A DNA stretch of 33,585 nt from Gemmatimonadales bacterium (GTDB lineage: Bacteria > Gemmatimonadota > Gemmatimonadetes > Gemmatimonadales > GWC2-71-9): the NCBI GenBank assembly GCA_035551075.1, contig DASZNX010000050.1, positions 1 through 33,585 on the forward strand, read 5' to 3'. A model generated the notes under the pieces. It saw nothing but the letters and a program-made list of their open reading frames with translations, searched no databases and was not told the DNA's origin. The position numbers were made by a program, and so were the translations under genes. Shown here in pieces: positions 7,676 through 16,959 of this stretch (positions within the stretch are counted from its first letter, which is position 1; each line of letters begins with the position of its first letter).

Positions 7676-8914
7676 CTAAGATAGAAGGGGGCCTCGGGAG
7701 GGACAAGCCGAACCTGCTGTCCACACGGCGCTTACGACGTCAGCACCCATCCAATACGCAACTTCGCGCCAGTCCTCTACTCCCGCCACCACCAGGTCGG
7801 CAACGCACCCCGGCGCGATCTGCCCCCTGTCGGCCGCGAGGCCGAGCGCGGCGGCGGCATTGATGGTCACCGCCGTCACAACTTCGGCGTGACGCATGCC
7901 AAGTTGCGAGACACCGAGCGTCATGACGAGCGGCAGACTCACCGTGGGCGACGTGCCGGGATTATAGTCGGTCGCGAGTGCGACGGCCGCGCCGGCTTCG
8001 ATGAGTCGGCGCGCCGGCGCCTGGGTGCGCTTACCGAGAAAAATCATCGTCGCAGGCAGCAGCACGGCCACCGTCGGACTCGCGGCGAGTGCGCGCACAC
8101 CCGCGTCGGAAATACTCGCGAGATGATCGGCGGACAGTGCTCCCAGCTCGGCAGCGAGCTCGGCCCCACCTGATCCCTCGAGCTCGTCCGCGTGCAGTTT
8201 CGCCGCGAGCCCGTAGCGGCCGGCCGCCGTGAGAATCGCGCGGCTCTCGGCGGGGCTGAAGACACCCGGTTCGCAGAAGACGTCGCAGCAGACCGCGAGA
8301 CCTTCGCGCGCGACCGCCGGAATCATCTCCTCGCAGACGAGCCGCACGTACTCCGCGCGTCGGGAGCGATACTCCGGAGGGACCTCATGCGCGCCGAGGA
8401 ACGTCGGAATCAACGTGACGGGCAAGGCGGCGCCCAGGCGTTTGATCACCCGCAGTTGCTTCAACTCCGCCTCGAGCTCCAGGCCGTACCCCGACTTCAC
8501 CTCGATGGTCGTGGATCCGTGGGCCAGAAGCGCCGCGATGCGCGCCCGCGTAAGCGCCTCGAGCTCGGCCTCGGAGCGGCTGCGTACGTCGCGCACCGAC
8601 TGCAGGATCCCGCCACCGGCCGCGGCAATCGCCTTGTAGTCGACGCCGAGGGCGCGGCGTTCGTGATCATCGAGACGGGGGGCGCCGAAAACGGCGTGGG
8701 TATGAGGATCGACGAATCCAGGAAAGAGCACACCCTGCACTTCGGTGATGCGATCGGATTGCGGCGCGTCCCTGCGCGGGCCGACCCATGCAATCCGATT
8801 CCCCTCGATCAGGACCGCCGCGTCGGGCAGCACTTCAACCTCGGCCATCTCGCGCCCGCGGCGCGCGCGCGCCGGTCCACGACAGGTGACGACCTGGCGC
8901 GCGCCCACGAGCAA
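7676..8914 (-). CDS. hutI: Imidazolonepropionase (histidine utilization step 3)
   Basis: ORF 7676-9151 carries an Arg-rich N-terminal extension overlapping hutU. Preferred start is TTG 8914 (or GTG 8908), just after the hutU stop, giving M-LVGARQVVTCRGP...VLIEGNRIAWVG...FPGFVDPHTHAVF...LHADEL...ATDYNPGTS. These are amidohydrolase/HutI motifs, 412 aa. Confidence 0.85.
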   Translation of the reverse strand: MLVGARQVVTCRGPARARRGREMAEVEVLPDAAVLIEGNRIAWVGPRRDAPQSDRITEVQGVLFPGFVDPHTHAVFGAPRLDDHERRALGVDYKAIAAAGGGILQSVRDVRSRSEAELEALTRARIAALLAHGSTTIEVKSGYGLELEAELKQLRVIKRLGAALPVTLIPTFLGAHEVPPEYRSRRAEYVRLVCEEMIPAVAREGLAVCCDVFCEPGVFSPAESRAILTAAGRYGLAAKLHADELEGSGGAELAAELGALSADHLASISDAGVRALAASPTVAVLLPATMIFLGKRTQAPARRLIEAGAAVALATDYNPGTSPTVSLPLVMTLGVSQLGMRHAEVVTAVTINAAAALGLAADRGQIAPGCVADLVVAGVEDWREVAYWMGADVVSAVWTAGSACPSRGPLLS

Positions 8915-8919
8915 AGTTT

Positions 8920-10587
8920 TCAGTCGAGGTCTCTGTCGTGCATGGGCAGGCGAATATGGTGGCGCCGGGCGGTCTCCAGTGCTTCCGGATAGCCGGCATC
9001 CGCGTGGCGCGCGACCCCGATGCCGGGATCGTTCGTGAGCACGCGTTCGAGACGCTGCGCCGCGGCCGGCGTTCCATCGGCGACGATGACCTGGCCGGCG
9101 TGCAATGAGTTCCCGATGCCGACACCGCCGCCGTTGTGGAACGACACCCATGACGCGCCCGATGCCGTATTGAGCAGCGCATTGAGGATCGCCCAGTCGG
9201 CGATGGCATCCGATCCGTCCCGCATGCCCTCCGTCTCGCGGAATGGAGACGCGACCGAGCCCGTATCGAGATGATCGCGGCCGATCACAATCGGCGCCGA
9301 CAATTCGCCGCGCCGGACGAGCTCATTGAGCGCAACGCCGAACCGCGCGCGTTCGCCCTGCCCGAGCCAGCAGATGCGGGCCGGCAGTCCCTGAAACGCC
9401 ACGCGCTCGCGGGCGAGCGTGATCCAGCGGCGCAGATGCTCGTCATCCGGGAAAAGCTCCAGGACCAGGTCATCGGTGCGATGCAGATCAGCGACGTCAC
9501 CCGAGAGCGCGACCCAACGAAACGGCCCCTTGCCCTCGCAAAAGAGCGGCCGAATGTACTCGGGCACGAAACCGGGGATTGTGAACGCATCGGCGACTCC
9601 GGCGTCGCGCGCCTCCGTCCGGATGTTGTTGCCATAGTCGAACGCGACCGCGCCGCGCTGCTGCAGCTCGAGCATCGATCGTACGTGCGTGGCGATACTC
9701 GCTCGCGCGGCCGCGATGTACGCATCGGGGTCGGCGCGGCGCAGCCGCGCTGCGGCATCCGTGCTTAGCCCAGCGGGGACGTAGCCATTGAGCGGGTCGT
9801 GCGCGGACGTCTGATCGGTTACGACGTCGGGCGTAAAGCCGCGACGCACCAGCGCCGGAAGGACCTCCGCGCAATTCCCCACCATCGCCACCGACAATGG
9901 CTGCCCTTGACGCCTGGCCTCCTCGCACCATTTCAGCGCTTCATCGAGCGAAGTCGTCGAGCGATCGAGATAGCGCGTTTCAAGCCGGCGCTGCACGCGC
10001 GCCGGATCGACTTCGACGGCGAGGCAGATGCCTTCATTCATCGTAGCGGCGAGAGGCTGCGCCCCGCCCATGCCACCCAGACCGCCCGTGAGCACCACGC
10101 GTCCGCGCAATGAGCCCTGAAAGTGTCGCCGGGCAACAGCGCCGAAGGTCTCGTACGTGCCCTGGAGGATTCCTTGCGTGCCGATGTAAATCCATGAGCC
10201 CGCGGTCATCTGTCCGTACATGATCAAGCCGCGGCGCTCGAGATCGCGAAACACTTCCCACGTCGAGTAGCGGCCGACAAGGTTCGCGTTGGCGATCAGC
10301 ACCCGCGGTGCATCCGGGTGTGTCGTGAATACGCCGACAGGCTTGCCGGACTGCACGAGCAATGTGTCGTCGTCCGCAAGCGAGAGTAACGTCCGGCAAA
10401 TCGCGTCGAACGATGGCCAGTCCCGCGCTGCCTTGCCCGTCCCGCCGTAGACAACGAGGTCCTGCGGACGCTCCGCCACATCGGGATCCAGGTTGTTCAT
10501 CAACATGCGCAGCGCCGCTTCCTGCACCCATCCTTTGCAGGATTTCTGGCCACCACGCGGCGCGCGCACCGTGCGCGCGGCAGTCAT
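8920..10587 (-). CDS. hutU: Urocanate hydratase (histidine utilization step 2)
   Basis: Preferred start is ATG 10587 ([39 protein letters not shown]...), overlapping the hutH stop as ATGA. Motifs [37 protein letters not shown]. 555 aa. Confidence 0.9.
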   Translation of the reverse strand: MTAARTVRAPRGGQKSCKGWVQEAALRMLMNNLDPDVAERPQDLVVYGGTGKAARDWPSFDAICRTLLSLADDDTLLVQSGKPVGVFTTHPDAPRVLIANANLVGRYSTWEVFRDLERRGLIMYGQMTAGSWIYIGTQGILQGTYETFGAVARRHFQGSLRGRVVLTGGLGGMGGAQPLAATMNEGICLAVEVDPARVQRRLETRYLDRSTTSLDEALKWCEEARRQGQPLSVAMVGNCAEVLPALVRRGFTPDVVTDQTSAHDPLNGYVPAGLSTDAAARLRRADPDAYIAAARASIATHVRSMLELQQRGAVAFDYGNNIRTEARDAGVADAFTIPGFVPEYIRPLFCEGKGPFRWVALSGDVADLHRTDDLVLELFPDDEHLRRWITLARERVAFQGLPARICWLGQGERARFGVALNELVRRGELSAPIVIGRDHLDTGSVASPFRETEGMRDGSDAIADWAILNALLNTASGASWVSFHNGGGVGIGNSLHAGQVIVADGTPAAAQRLERVLTNDPGIGVARHADAGYPEALETARRHHIRLPMHDRDLD

Positions 10588-12041
10588 GGCGCGAACCTGC
10601 CCGCGCGCACCCCGGCCGCCATTCTCTCGATGTCCCCAGTGAGCGGCCGATCGGTGGTGAGGGTCGCCGACTCCTGGCGCACGGCCGTGTACAGTCGCGC
10701 GACCGCCTTTGCCGGACGCAGCGGCTTCAAGTATTCCAGGCCCTGCGCTCCCGCGAGCAGCTCGATCGCCACAATGCGCTCGGCGTTGGTGAGGATGCGA
10801 TGGGCCTTCCACGCCGCGCTCATTCCCATCGGCACGACATCCTCCTGATTGCCCTCCGTGGGCACGGATTGGATGCTTGCCGGCGTCGCCAGCACACGGC
10901 AATCCGCGACGAGCGCGGCCGCCGCGATCTGCGCCGTCATGAACCCCGACTCGAGCCCCGGGTCGCGTGCGAGGAATGCCGGCAACCCCGACGACAGATC
11001 GGGATTGACGACCCGCTCGATCCGGCGTTCCGCCAATCCCGCAAGCGTCGTCAGGGCAATCGCGATGACGTCCAACGCGAGCGCAATCGGCTGGCCATGG
11101 AAGTTGCCCCCCGAGAGCACATCGGCGCCGAAGACCAGCGGGTTGTCGGTTGCGGCATTCAGCTCCGTCGTGATCAGCTGCTCCGCGAAGGCGAGGCCCT
11201 CTCCGACGGCGCCGAGGACTTGCGGAGTGCAGCGGAGAGAATAGGCATCCTGGACTCTGGGGTCGTTTTCGCGATGCGATTCCCGGATTTCACTATCGGC
11301 GAGCAGCGCGCGCAACAACTCCGCGGAACGCTGCTGCCAGCGGTGTGGCCGCGCATCCTGGATGCGCGCGTCGAAGGGATCGGGAGAGCCTCGAACCGCT
11401 TCGAGGCTCATGGCGGCGGCCGCATGGGCGGTTTTCCAGAGCGTCCAGGCGTCATGCACCAGCAGCGCCGCGAGCCCCGTCTGCGCCTGCGTGCCGTTCA
11501 CGAACGCGAGTCCTTCCTTTGCCTCGAGCGTGATCGGACGCGGTACTTTGACGTCCCCTTCGCCGATCATCGCCAGCGCGAGATGCGACAACGGCGCGAG
11601 ATCGCCCGAGGCGCCGACGCTGCCCTGCGACGGAACGGCGGGATGAATGCCCCGGTTCAACATCTCGACGAGCAGCTCAGGGAGCACCGGCCGTACCCCG
11701 CTCGTGCCCCGCATCAGCACGTTCGCGCGGAGGAGCATCATCGCGCGCACGGCGTCTGTGGGTAACGGGTCGCCGATACCAGAAGCGTGACTGCGGATGA
11801 GATTGAGCTGCAGCTGGCGTGCCTGCTCGGGCGGAATGCGGACATGCGCGAGCTTTCCGAAGCCGGTGTTCACGCCGTAGATCGTCTGGCCCCGCTCGAC
11901 CGCCGCTTCCACGGCGCGGCGAGATTCGTGCACGGCCTGCATCGCCGTGGGATCGAGGGCGACCGCGACGTTGCCCCGCGCGACGGCCACCACATCGGCG
12001 ATCGCCAAAGAACGACCATTCAGCGTGACGGACTTCGCCAT
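10584..12041 (-). CDS. hutH: Histidine ammonia-lyase (histidine utilization step 1)
   Basis: Preferred start is ATG 12041 ([23 protein letters not shown]...). MIO-forming motif [17 protein letters not shown], plus NGTQ and YSLRC motifs. The longer GTG 12080 start lies inside a terminator hairpin. Confidence 0.9.
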   Translation of the reverse strand: MAKSVTLNGRSLAIADVVAVARGNVAVALDPTAMQAVHESRRAVEAAVERGQTIYGVNTGFGKLAHVRIPPEQARQLQLNLIRSHASGIGDPLPTDAVRAMMLLRANVLMRGTSGVRPVLPELLVEMLNRGIHPAVPSQGSVGASGDLAPLSHLALAMIGEGDVKVPRPITLEAKEGLAFVNGTQAQTGLAALLVHDAWTLWKTAHAAAAMSLEAVRGSPDPFDARIQDARPHRWQQRSAELLRALLADSEIRESHRENDPRVQDAYSLRCTPQVLGAVGEGLAFAEQLITTELNAATDNPLVFGADVLSGGNFHGQPIALALDVIAIALTTLAGLAERRIERVVNPDLSSGLPAFLARDPGLESGFMTAQIAAAALVADCRVLATPASIQSVPTEGNQEDVVPMGMSAAWKAHRILTNAERIVAIELLAGAQGLEYLKPLRPAKAVARLYTAVRQESATLTTDRPLTGDIERMAAGVRAGRFAP

Positions 12042-12044
12042 GGG

Positions 12045-12089
12045 GACAAAAGCTAAGGCGCCGGAGTGGTTATTGACCACTCCGGCGCC
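12045..12089 (-). terminator. Intrinsic-terminator-like hairpin downstream of the lipoprotein gene, ending 3 nt before the hutH ATG
   Basis: Minus strand GGCGCCGGAGTGG-TCAATAA-CCACTCCGGCGCC: a perfect 13-bp GC-rich stem (12089-12077 / 12069-12057) with a 7-nt loop, followed by TTAGCTTTTGTCCCC and then ATG 12041. Confidence 0.6.
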
Positions 12090-12107
12090 AAACTGACCGC
12101 GGACTCC

Positions 12108-13286
12108 CTAATGTGAGCTTGAAACCCCGGTGCCAGTCGCCATTGCGGTCGACTGCCCGGCCCGAACCTGCAGCTCAGGGTTGCCTTGGTCAGTCTGGAA
12201 GCTCCAATCGAAAATCATGTAATCCCGGCCGACATGGGTCACCCGCAGCGCGCCGTAACGAACCGTCGACCCTTCGATGATCTGGAAGACGTACCCGTAA
12301 CCCGGCACAGCCTGGATCATGTTCCGCGAGTACCCGGACGCCGGCGCGAAGTCGATCGAGGTCAGATCCGAAAGCGGCGTCGTGCTATAGAGAGCCACCT
12401 GCGTGCCGCTGAATTCCGGCACCAGCCACAGAGTGGAATCCGTCGGATCGCGATACACCCAGAAATCGATGTCCGTGCGGCTTCCGTCCTGCACCAGACC
12501 GAGCTCGGAGCTCTGGCCGCGGCCGTCGCCATTGGCGTCATCCCAGAAGCGGAAGCCGGACTGTGCCTGGTTCGCGTCGATGGCATAGACGAGCGTGTTG
12601 CGGGCGTCGGGCCGCGGCGTATCCTGGCGCAGCGGCGACCACAGGCTCTCGTATCCTTCGCGGCTCACCGCCGTCACACCAAAACACCGCGGAACGCCAT
12701 TCGACATCGCGCTAGCAAGGAACTCGGGAGCCACAGTCGTGCCCTCGAGCAGCCAGTCGGTACCGCAGAGACCACGATCGAGATCGTACGAAGCGCTGTA
12801 AATGCGATACCACTTGAAGCGCGTCGGCGAGTCGGCGTATGACGTGTCGTCCCACTCCAAATGAATGGCGCCGTTCAACGAGATAGAGCTGAGCCATGAC
12901 GGCGAAACGAGCTGCAGCCGCTCGTCGACGGTGATGACGTTGCTGTTGGCGCTCTCGTCGCCACTCGCATCGACGGCGGTGACGAGATACTGCAGGTGCG
13001 GCACGCCATTATCATGGAAGGTGTTCGAAGTGGTCTCGCCCCGGAGCCCGTAGGAATCACTGGTCGAGGCGCGTGAATACACGCGATAGCTCGCCAGACC
13101 CGCATCGGGGACGTCGTCCCAGAAGAGCAGAATGCCGAGCGGGCGATTGGGATCGCCACTCGGCTCCAGCTCATAATTGAGATTCGCCGGTGCGGAGATG
13201 TTGCCACCGCCGCCGCCGGACGCGTCAGTGTTGTATTGGCATGCACCGATGGCCAGGACCACGAGCAAGCACAGTGCGACACGCAT
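12108..13286 (-). CDS. Predicted lipoprotein with two FN3-like modules and an uncharacterised beta-rich C-terminal domain
   Basis: 392 aa. Signal peptide plus lipobox MRVALCLLVVLAIGAC. FN3-like signatures (LFWDDVPDAGLASYRVYSR...YLVTAVDASGDESANS; LEWDD...FKWYRIYSA...CFGVTAVSREGYESLWS). I recognise no family for the last ~170 aa. Confidence 0.7.
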   Translation of the reverse strand: MRVALCLLVVLAIGACQYNTDASGGGGGNISAPANLNYELEPSGDPNRPLGILLFWDDVPDAGLASYRVYSRASTSDSYGLRGETTSNTFHDNGVPHLQYLVTAVDASGDESANSNVITVDERLQLVSPSWLSSISLNGAIHLEWDDTSYADSPTRFKWYRIYSASYDLDRGLCGTDWLLEGTTVAPEFLASAMSNGVPRCFGVTAVSREGYESLWSPLRQDTPRPDARNTLVYAIDANQAQSGFRFWDDANGDGRGQSSELGLVQDGSRTDIDFWVYRDPTDSTLWLVPEFSGTQVALYSTTPLSDLTSIDFAPASGYSRNMIQAVPGYGYVFQIIEGSTVRYGALRVTHVGRDYMIFDWSFQTDQGNPELQVRAGQSTAMATGTGVSSSH

Positions 13287-13412
13287 AAAAGCCTCGGGAC
13301 GGGGAACGCCCCGCGTGTAAGCACAGCCTGTGCCTAAAGGGAAGTCTCTGCCTTACTGAGGGTTACGCGTTTGTTCGTTGCACCACTGTCCCCTCGAGAG
13401 GACAGGGCCGGC

Positions 13413-16400
13413 CTAGCGCACGTAGGTGCGCTGGTCGTAATCGAACCGGATGTCGGGCTGATCGTTGAGCGCGATGTTGAACGTGAATGAGAAATTGCCG
13501 GATCCCGTCTTTTGAAATACGAAGCTTGCCCGCCAGCGGCGGAGATCGCGCTGGAAGCTGACGTAATGGTATGCGAACTGGCCGGTGGCGAAGTCGTACT
13601 GCGTCCCCCAGTTCGCCGTCCAGAGACGCGTCGGCTGAAACGAAAGTGTGAGGTTCGTGGTCCGGCGGCCCGGAGCATTCTTCAGCGCCGCCGTAGTATC
13701 AAAGCGGCTGCGAGTGCTCGAGAAGCCGACGCTGAGCGAGAAACCCCGTCCACCACCCAGCGGGCTTCCATGCGCAAGATCAACCCGGGTGCCGCCCTGA
13801 TACTGTTGGAATTCGTGGGAGTTCGAGCCCGGAAGCTGGTTTTGCGACGTGGTGTCGGGTCCCGGGGGCGGTGGTGCCGGCCGCGGGCGGAGGCCAAGAA
13901 GCTTCGCGACGCCCTGCAATGTCGCCGGCGTCACATTAAATGACGCGGTCAGGCTCGTCATGAAGGGGTCGAACTTCGCGGAATCCGTTCCGACCTGCCC
14001 CTTGAACAGATCGTGCGTCATTCCCAACTGAAATCCGGGCAGCAAATCCGACAGGAACGTGTTGGTGATGGAGCCGGTCTGCCAACCGGTGCGGTGCGGC
14101 TGTTTGGCTTGCTCGAAATTGTAGCTGATGCCGCTCGTGTTGATGCTGAGAATCCGGATTTTGCGCGGCTGCTGGCTGGCCGAGGTATCGCCCGGCGGCG
14201 GCTTCAGCTTCGCCTCGAAGTTCTGGGAAAGCCCGATGCTCATCGTTTGTTGCGGGTCGGTGTGCGAATTGAGCGTCAGTCCAAACGGATCGATCGCGCG
14301 CGCATAGGCGGCAGGAACGGTCACGCCCGGCGCGTACTGCCAGCTGATGATCGGTGAGAACGAGTGACGGATCCGCGCGAACTTGCCGAATCCCGGGAAA
14401 AAACCGAAGAACGTGGGCGACGCACTCGCCGAAAACGCGAGCCGTTTGCCTTGCTGCACCCAGCTCCCGCCGGTGAACTGGTTGCGAATCATGAACGGGC
14501 CGGCACCGGTCAGGTTAATGATCGAGACCCCCGGCTGCAACTTCCACGTGCTGCTGAGAAGCGGCGGCAGGTTGATGCCCGTCTGCCAATCGACCTTGGT
14601 CGAGAATGTCTCGGCGAACAGCACGTTGTGCACGGCGCCCGTCGAGTCGATGTAGTGGAATTCCGTGCGGCCATGATTGACGGCGTCTTCCCAGTTGATA
14701 CTGTTCGCCCAGTTCCAGCGGCCGATTCGAATTGGGGTTTGGAAGTTCATGTCCGTCGTGCGCGAGCTCGAGAACAGCGCCACCGTCTTCAGGCTGGTAT
14801 CGGTTGGGCCTCCCGGTACAACCAGGGTACCGGCCGCGGTGTGAAACAGCTGCGTGTTCGAGTAGCTGAACGTCGGCGTCCAGATGATCGACGGAGTGAT
14901 CGTGACCGTCGTGGGCGTCAGGTTGATCGTCGGGAATGTTTGCGTTGTGGCGTTCTGTGACAGCTCCTGACGGCGGGTGCCGCCGATGTTCAGGGTTCCC
15001 CATGAAAAGCGCTTATTGAACGTCGCGCTCGAGCTAATGCTCGAATTCACCTCGTAGGGGTTGAGCGAGTTCCGCTGGATGAGGCGACTGTTCGTCGAGT
15101 AGTCGAGATTGGCATTGAAATCGGTACGCGAATCGAAACGCTGGGAGTGATTCCAGCCAATCCGGCTGTTCGTCGCTCCGCCGCCCTCCCCCAGCTCAGT
15201 CGTGTGGGTGTATGTCAGACTTCCCTGCATGAAGCGATCGAGCCAGCGATAACCCGCCTGTGCGTGGAACGAGACGTTGCGGTCCGAGAACCAGTCGCCG
15301 GATACGAGCACGTCGATGTAGTCATTGACCGCGAAGTAGTAGCCCAGATCCGAGATGTGACGCGAGTACGACCGCGCGGGACGGACCAGATCGTTGATGC
15401 CGAAGCGCGGCAGCAGGATACCGCTCCGCCGCCCGCCGCGAATGTCCTGAAAGATGAACGGCAACCACATCACCGGCACGTCTCGGACGTAGAGCACGGC
15501 GGGACGCGCCACCATCGTCCGTTTGTTGATCCACTTCGCTTGGCCGGCCTGGAAATGATAATCGGGTACGGGTTGCGGATCCGACGTAATCTTGGCGGAA
15601 TGTGCGTACACGCGGGTGGACCCCGAGTCCACCGCCAGATTGCCGCGCATGTACCACGTGACGCCCCCCTGCTGAAAATCCGTGAGCGCGTCGTTCACGG
15701 TGCCGCGCCGCACGCAGGTATCGTAGCGCATTCCTTCCCCGACGAGGACCGTGCCGTGATCGAACAGGCGCGGATCGCCGCCGGCGTTCAGCTGGCAGCT
15801 CGCCTCGTGATAACGAATCGTATCGGCCTCGAGCTGCGTGCCGTCCCGATCGACGAAGCCTTCGCGCCGCAGGAAAATCGTTTGACTGTCTCCCTGCACC
15901 ACCAGCGTCTCCGCGACGTACCGGGTGACGCGATAGCCCTGGAGCTTGAGGAGCGAATCGATGACGGAATCGGGAGGCGGAAAACTGCGTGTGGGGCCGG
16001 TCGGGAGTCCGAGGCGTCGCGCGGTCGCGGTATCCATGTTGCCGCCCCCGCGCAGGGAGTCTTGCAGTGCTGTGGGGGATCGCGCATGCGTGGTGTCGCG
16101 GCCCACCGGCGGTCGCGGCGGCGGGGGGGGCGGCGGCGGATTCTGCGCGGCGAGCGATCCGCTCGCGAGCAGCAGCAGCACGATCACGGCCGCGGCCATC
16201 CGGCGAGCGCGCCGGCGAGTCGCCACCCACGCACACCAGATGCTGAGCTCGTAGAGCAACAGCAGCGGGCCGAGCATCAGCAGCATCGAGACCGCGTCGG
16301 GAGGCGTGAGGATCGCGGCGATGACAGCCGCGATGACAACCGCGTAGCGGCGCTTGCTCGTGAGAAATTGCGGCGTGACGACTCCCAGCGACGCCAGGAT

Positions 16401-16931
16401 CGTGACGACCAATGGGAGCTCGGCGATGAGACCACATCCGATGACGAACGGCACCGCCATGCCGAAGTAGCGGTCGATGGTGATCATGGCCGAGAGGTCG
16501 CTGCGCTGGAAACTCATGAACACTCGGAGGGCAGCTGGCAGGAGCCAGCGATAGCAAGCGAGCGCACCGGCAAGAAACAGGATCACGCCGACTGCAAGCG
16601 AGGGCACGATCAAGCGTTTTTCGCGTTCGTACAGCGCGGGCGCCAGGAACGCCCAGATCTGATAGATCACGACCGGCGACGCCAGCACGCAGCCGAGCGC
16701 GAACGCGACTTTGACCGTGAGCATGAAGGGCTCGGCGGGACTCGTGAAGATGAGCCGCCCGCCGGGGAGATACGGCGCGATGGGCCGCTTCAGCAGCTCG
16801 ATGATGTCGATGTGACCAAGCAGCAACCACCCGACGACACTGCCGATCAGAATCGCGACCAGGCTCCAGAGGATCCGCCAGCGCAGCTCCTCGAGATGAT
16901 CGAGAAACGGCATCTCACCGCGCGGATTCAT
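13413..16931 (-). CDS. tatC: Single uninterrupted ORF: complete TatC (aa 1-~240), then a signal-peptide-like hydrophobic segment, then an LptD/OstA-like outer-membrane protein (~900 aa)
   Basis: TatC motifs FLDHLEELRWR, FTSPAEPFMLTVKVAF, VIYQIWAFLAPALYEREKR and six hydrophobic helices. No stop follows; the frame continues TRRRARR-M(ATG 16199)-AAAVIVLLLLASGSLAAQNPPPPPPPP. Then an OstA/LptD_2-like region (ADTIRYHE..., PDYHFQAGQAKWI, VPVMWLPFIFQDIRGGRRSGILLPRFG, GYYFAVNDYID) and a long S/T/N/aromatic-rich barrel-like C-terminus. If the two halves are expressed separately, the LptD-like part would be 13413-16199. Confidence 0.8.
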   Translation of the reverse strand: MNPRGEMPFLDHLEELRWRILWSLVAILIGSVVGWLLLGHIDIIELLKRPIAPYLPGGRLIFTSPAEPFMLTVKVAFALGCVLASPVVIYQIWAFLAPALYEREKRLIVPSLAVGVILFLAGALACYRWLLPAALRVFMSFQRSDLSAMITIDRYFGMAVPFVIGCGLIAELPLVVTILASLGVVTPQFLTSKRRYAVVIAAVIAAILTPPDAVSMLLMLGPLLLLYELSIWCAWVATRRRARRMAAAVIVLLLLASGSLAAQNPPPPPPPPRPPVGRDTTHARSPTALQDSLRGGGNMDTATARRLGLPTGPTRSFPPPDSVIDSLLKLQGYRVTRYVAETLVVQGDSQTIFLRREGFVDRDGTQLEADTIRYHEASCQLNAGGDPRLFDHGTVLVGEGMRYDTCVRRGTVNDALTDFQQGGVTWYMRGNLAVDSGSTRVYAHSAKITSDPQPVPDYHFQAGQAKWINKRTMVARPAVLYVRDVPVMWLPFIFQDIRGGRRSGILLPRFGINDLVRPARSYSRHISDLGYYFAVNDYIDVLVSGDWFSDRNVSFHAQAGYRWLDRFMQGSLTYTHTTELGEGGGATNSRIGWNHSQRFDSRTDFNANLDYSTNSRLIQRNSLNPYEVNSSISSSATFNKRFSWGTLNIGGTRRQELSQNATTQTFPTINLTPTTVTITPSIIWTPTFSYSNTQLFHTAAGTLVVPGGPTDTSLKTVALFSSSRTTDMNFQTPIRIGRWNWANSINWEDAVNHGRTEFHYIDSTGAVHNVLFAETFSTKVDWQTGINLPPLLSSTWKLQPGVSIINLTGAGPFMIRNQFTGGSWVQQGKRLAFSASASPTFFGFFPGFGKFARIRHSFSPIISWQYAPGVTVPAAYARAIDPFGLTLNSHTDPQQTMSIGLSQNFEAKLKPPPGDTSASQQPRKIRILSINTSGISYNFEQAKQPHRTGWQTGSITNTFLSDLLPGFQLGMTHDLFKGQVGTDSAKFDPFMTSLTASFNVTPATLQGVAKLLGLRPRPAPPPPGPDTTSQNQLPGSNSHEFQQYQGGTRVDLAHGSPLGGGRGFSLSVGFSSTRSRFDTTAALKNAPGRRTTNLTLSFQPTRLWTANWGTQYDFATGQFAYHYVSFQRDLRRWRASFVFQKTGSGNFSFTFNIALNDQPDIRFDYDQRTYVR

Positions 16932-16959
16932 CTGGGGGCCGGCTTGGGACGGATCCGGG

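Noticed and set aside
12078-12080. GTG 12080 as the hutH start (ORF-track 498-aa version).
   Set aside because: The codon lies inside the 13-bp terminator stem. The added residues (VNNHSGALAFVP) have no counterpart in histidine ammonia-lyase N-termini as I know them. ATG 12041 gives the expected MAKSVTLNG... start.
13386-13405. Near-palindrome ctgtcccctcgagaggacag just after the LptD-like stop, as an intrinsic terminator.
   Set aside because: The stem is only about 8 bp with one G-U pair on the transcribed strand. It is followed by GTGGTGCAACGAACAAACG rather than a U-tract, so there is not enough support to call a terminator.
16197-16225. The TRRRARRM stretch at the TatC/LptD junction as a twin-arginine (Tat) signal peptide for the LptD-like part.
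   Set aside because: It does not fit the S/T-R-R-x-F-L-K consensus beyond the Arg pair. A positively charged patch after the last TatC helix is expected from the positive-inside rule. Beta-barrel OMPs are exported unfolded via Sec. It is noted only as a curiosity.
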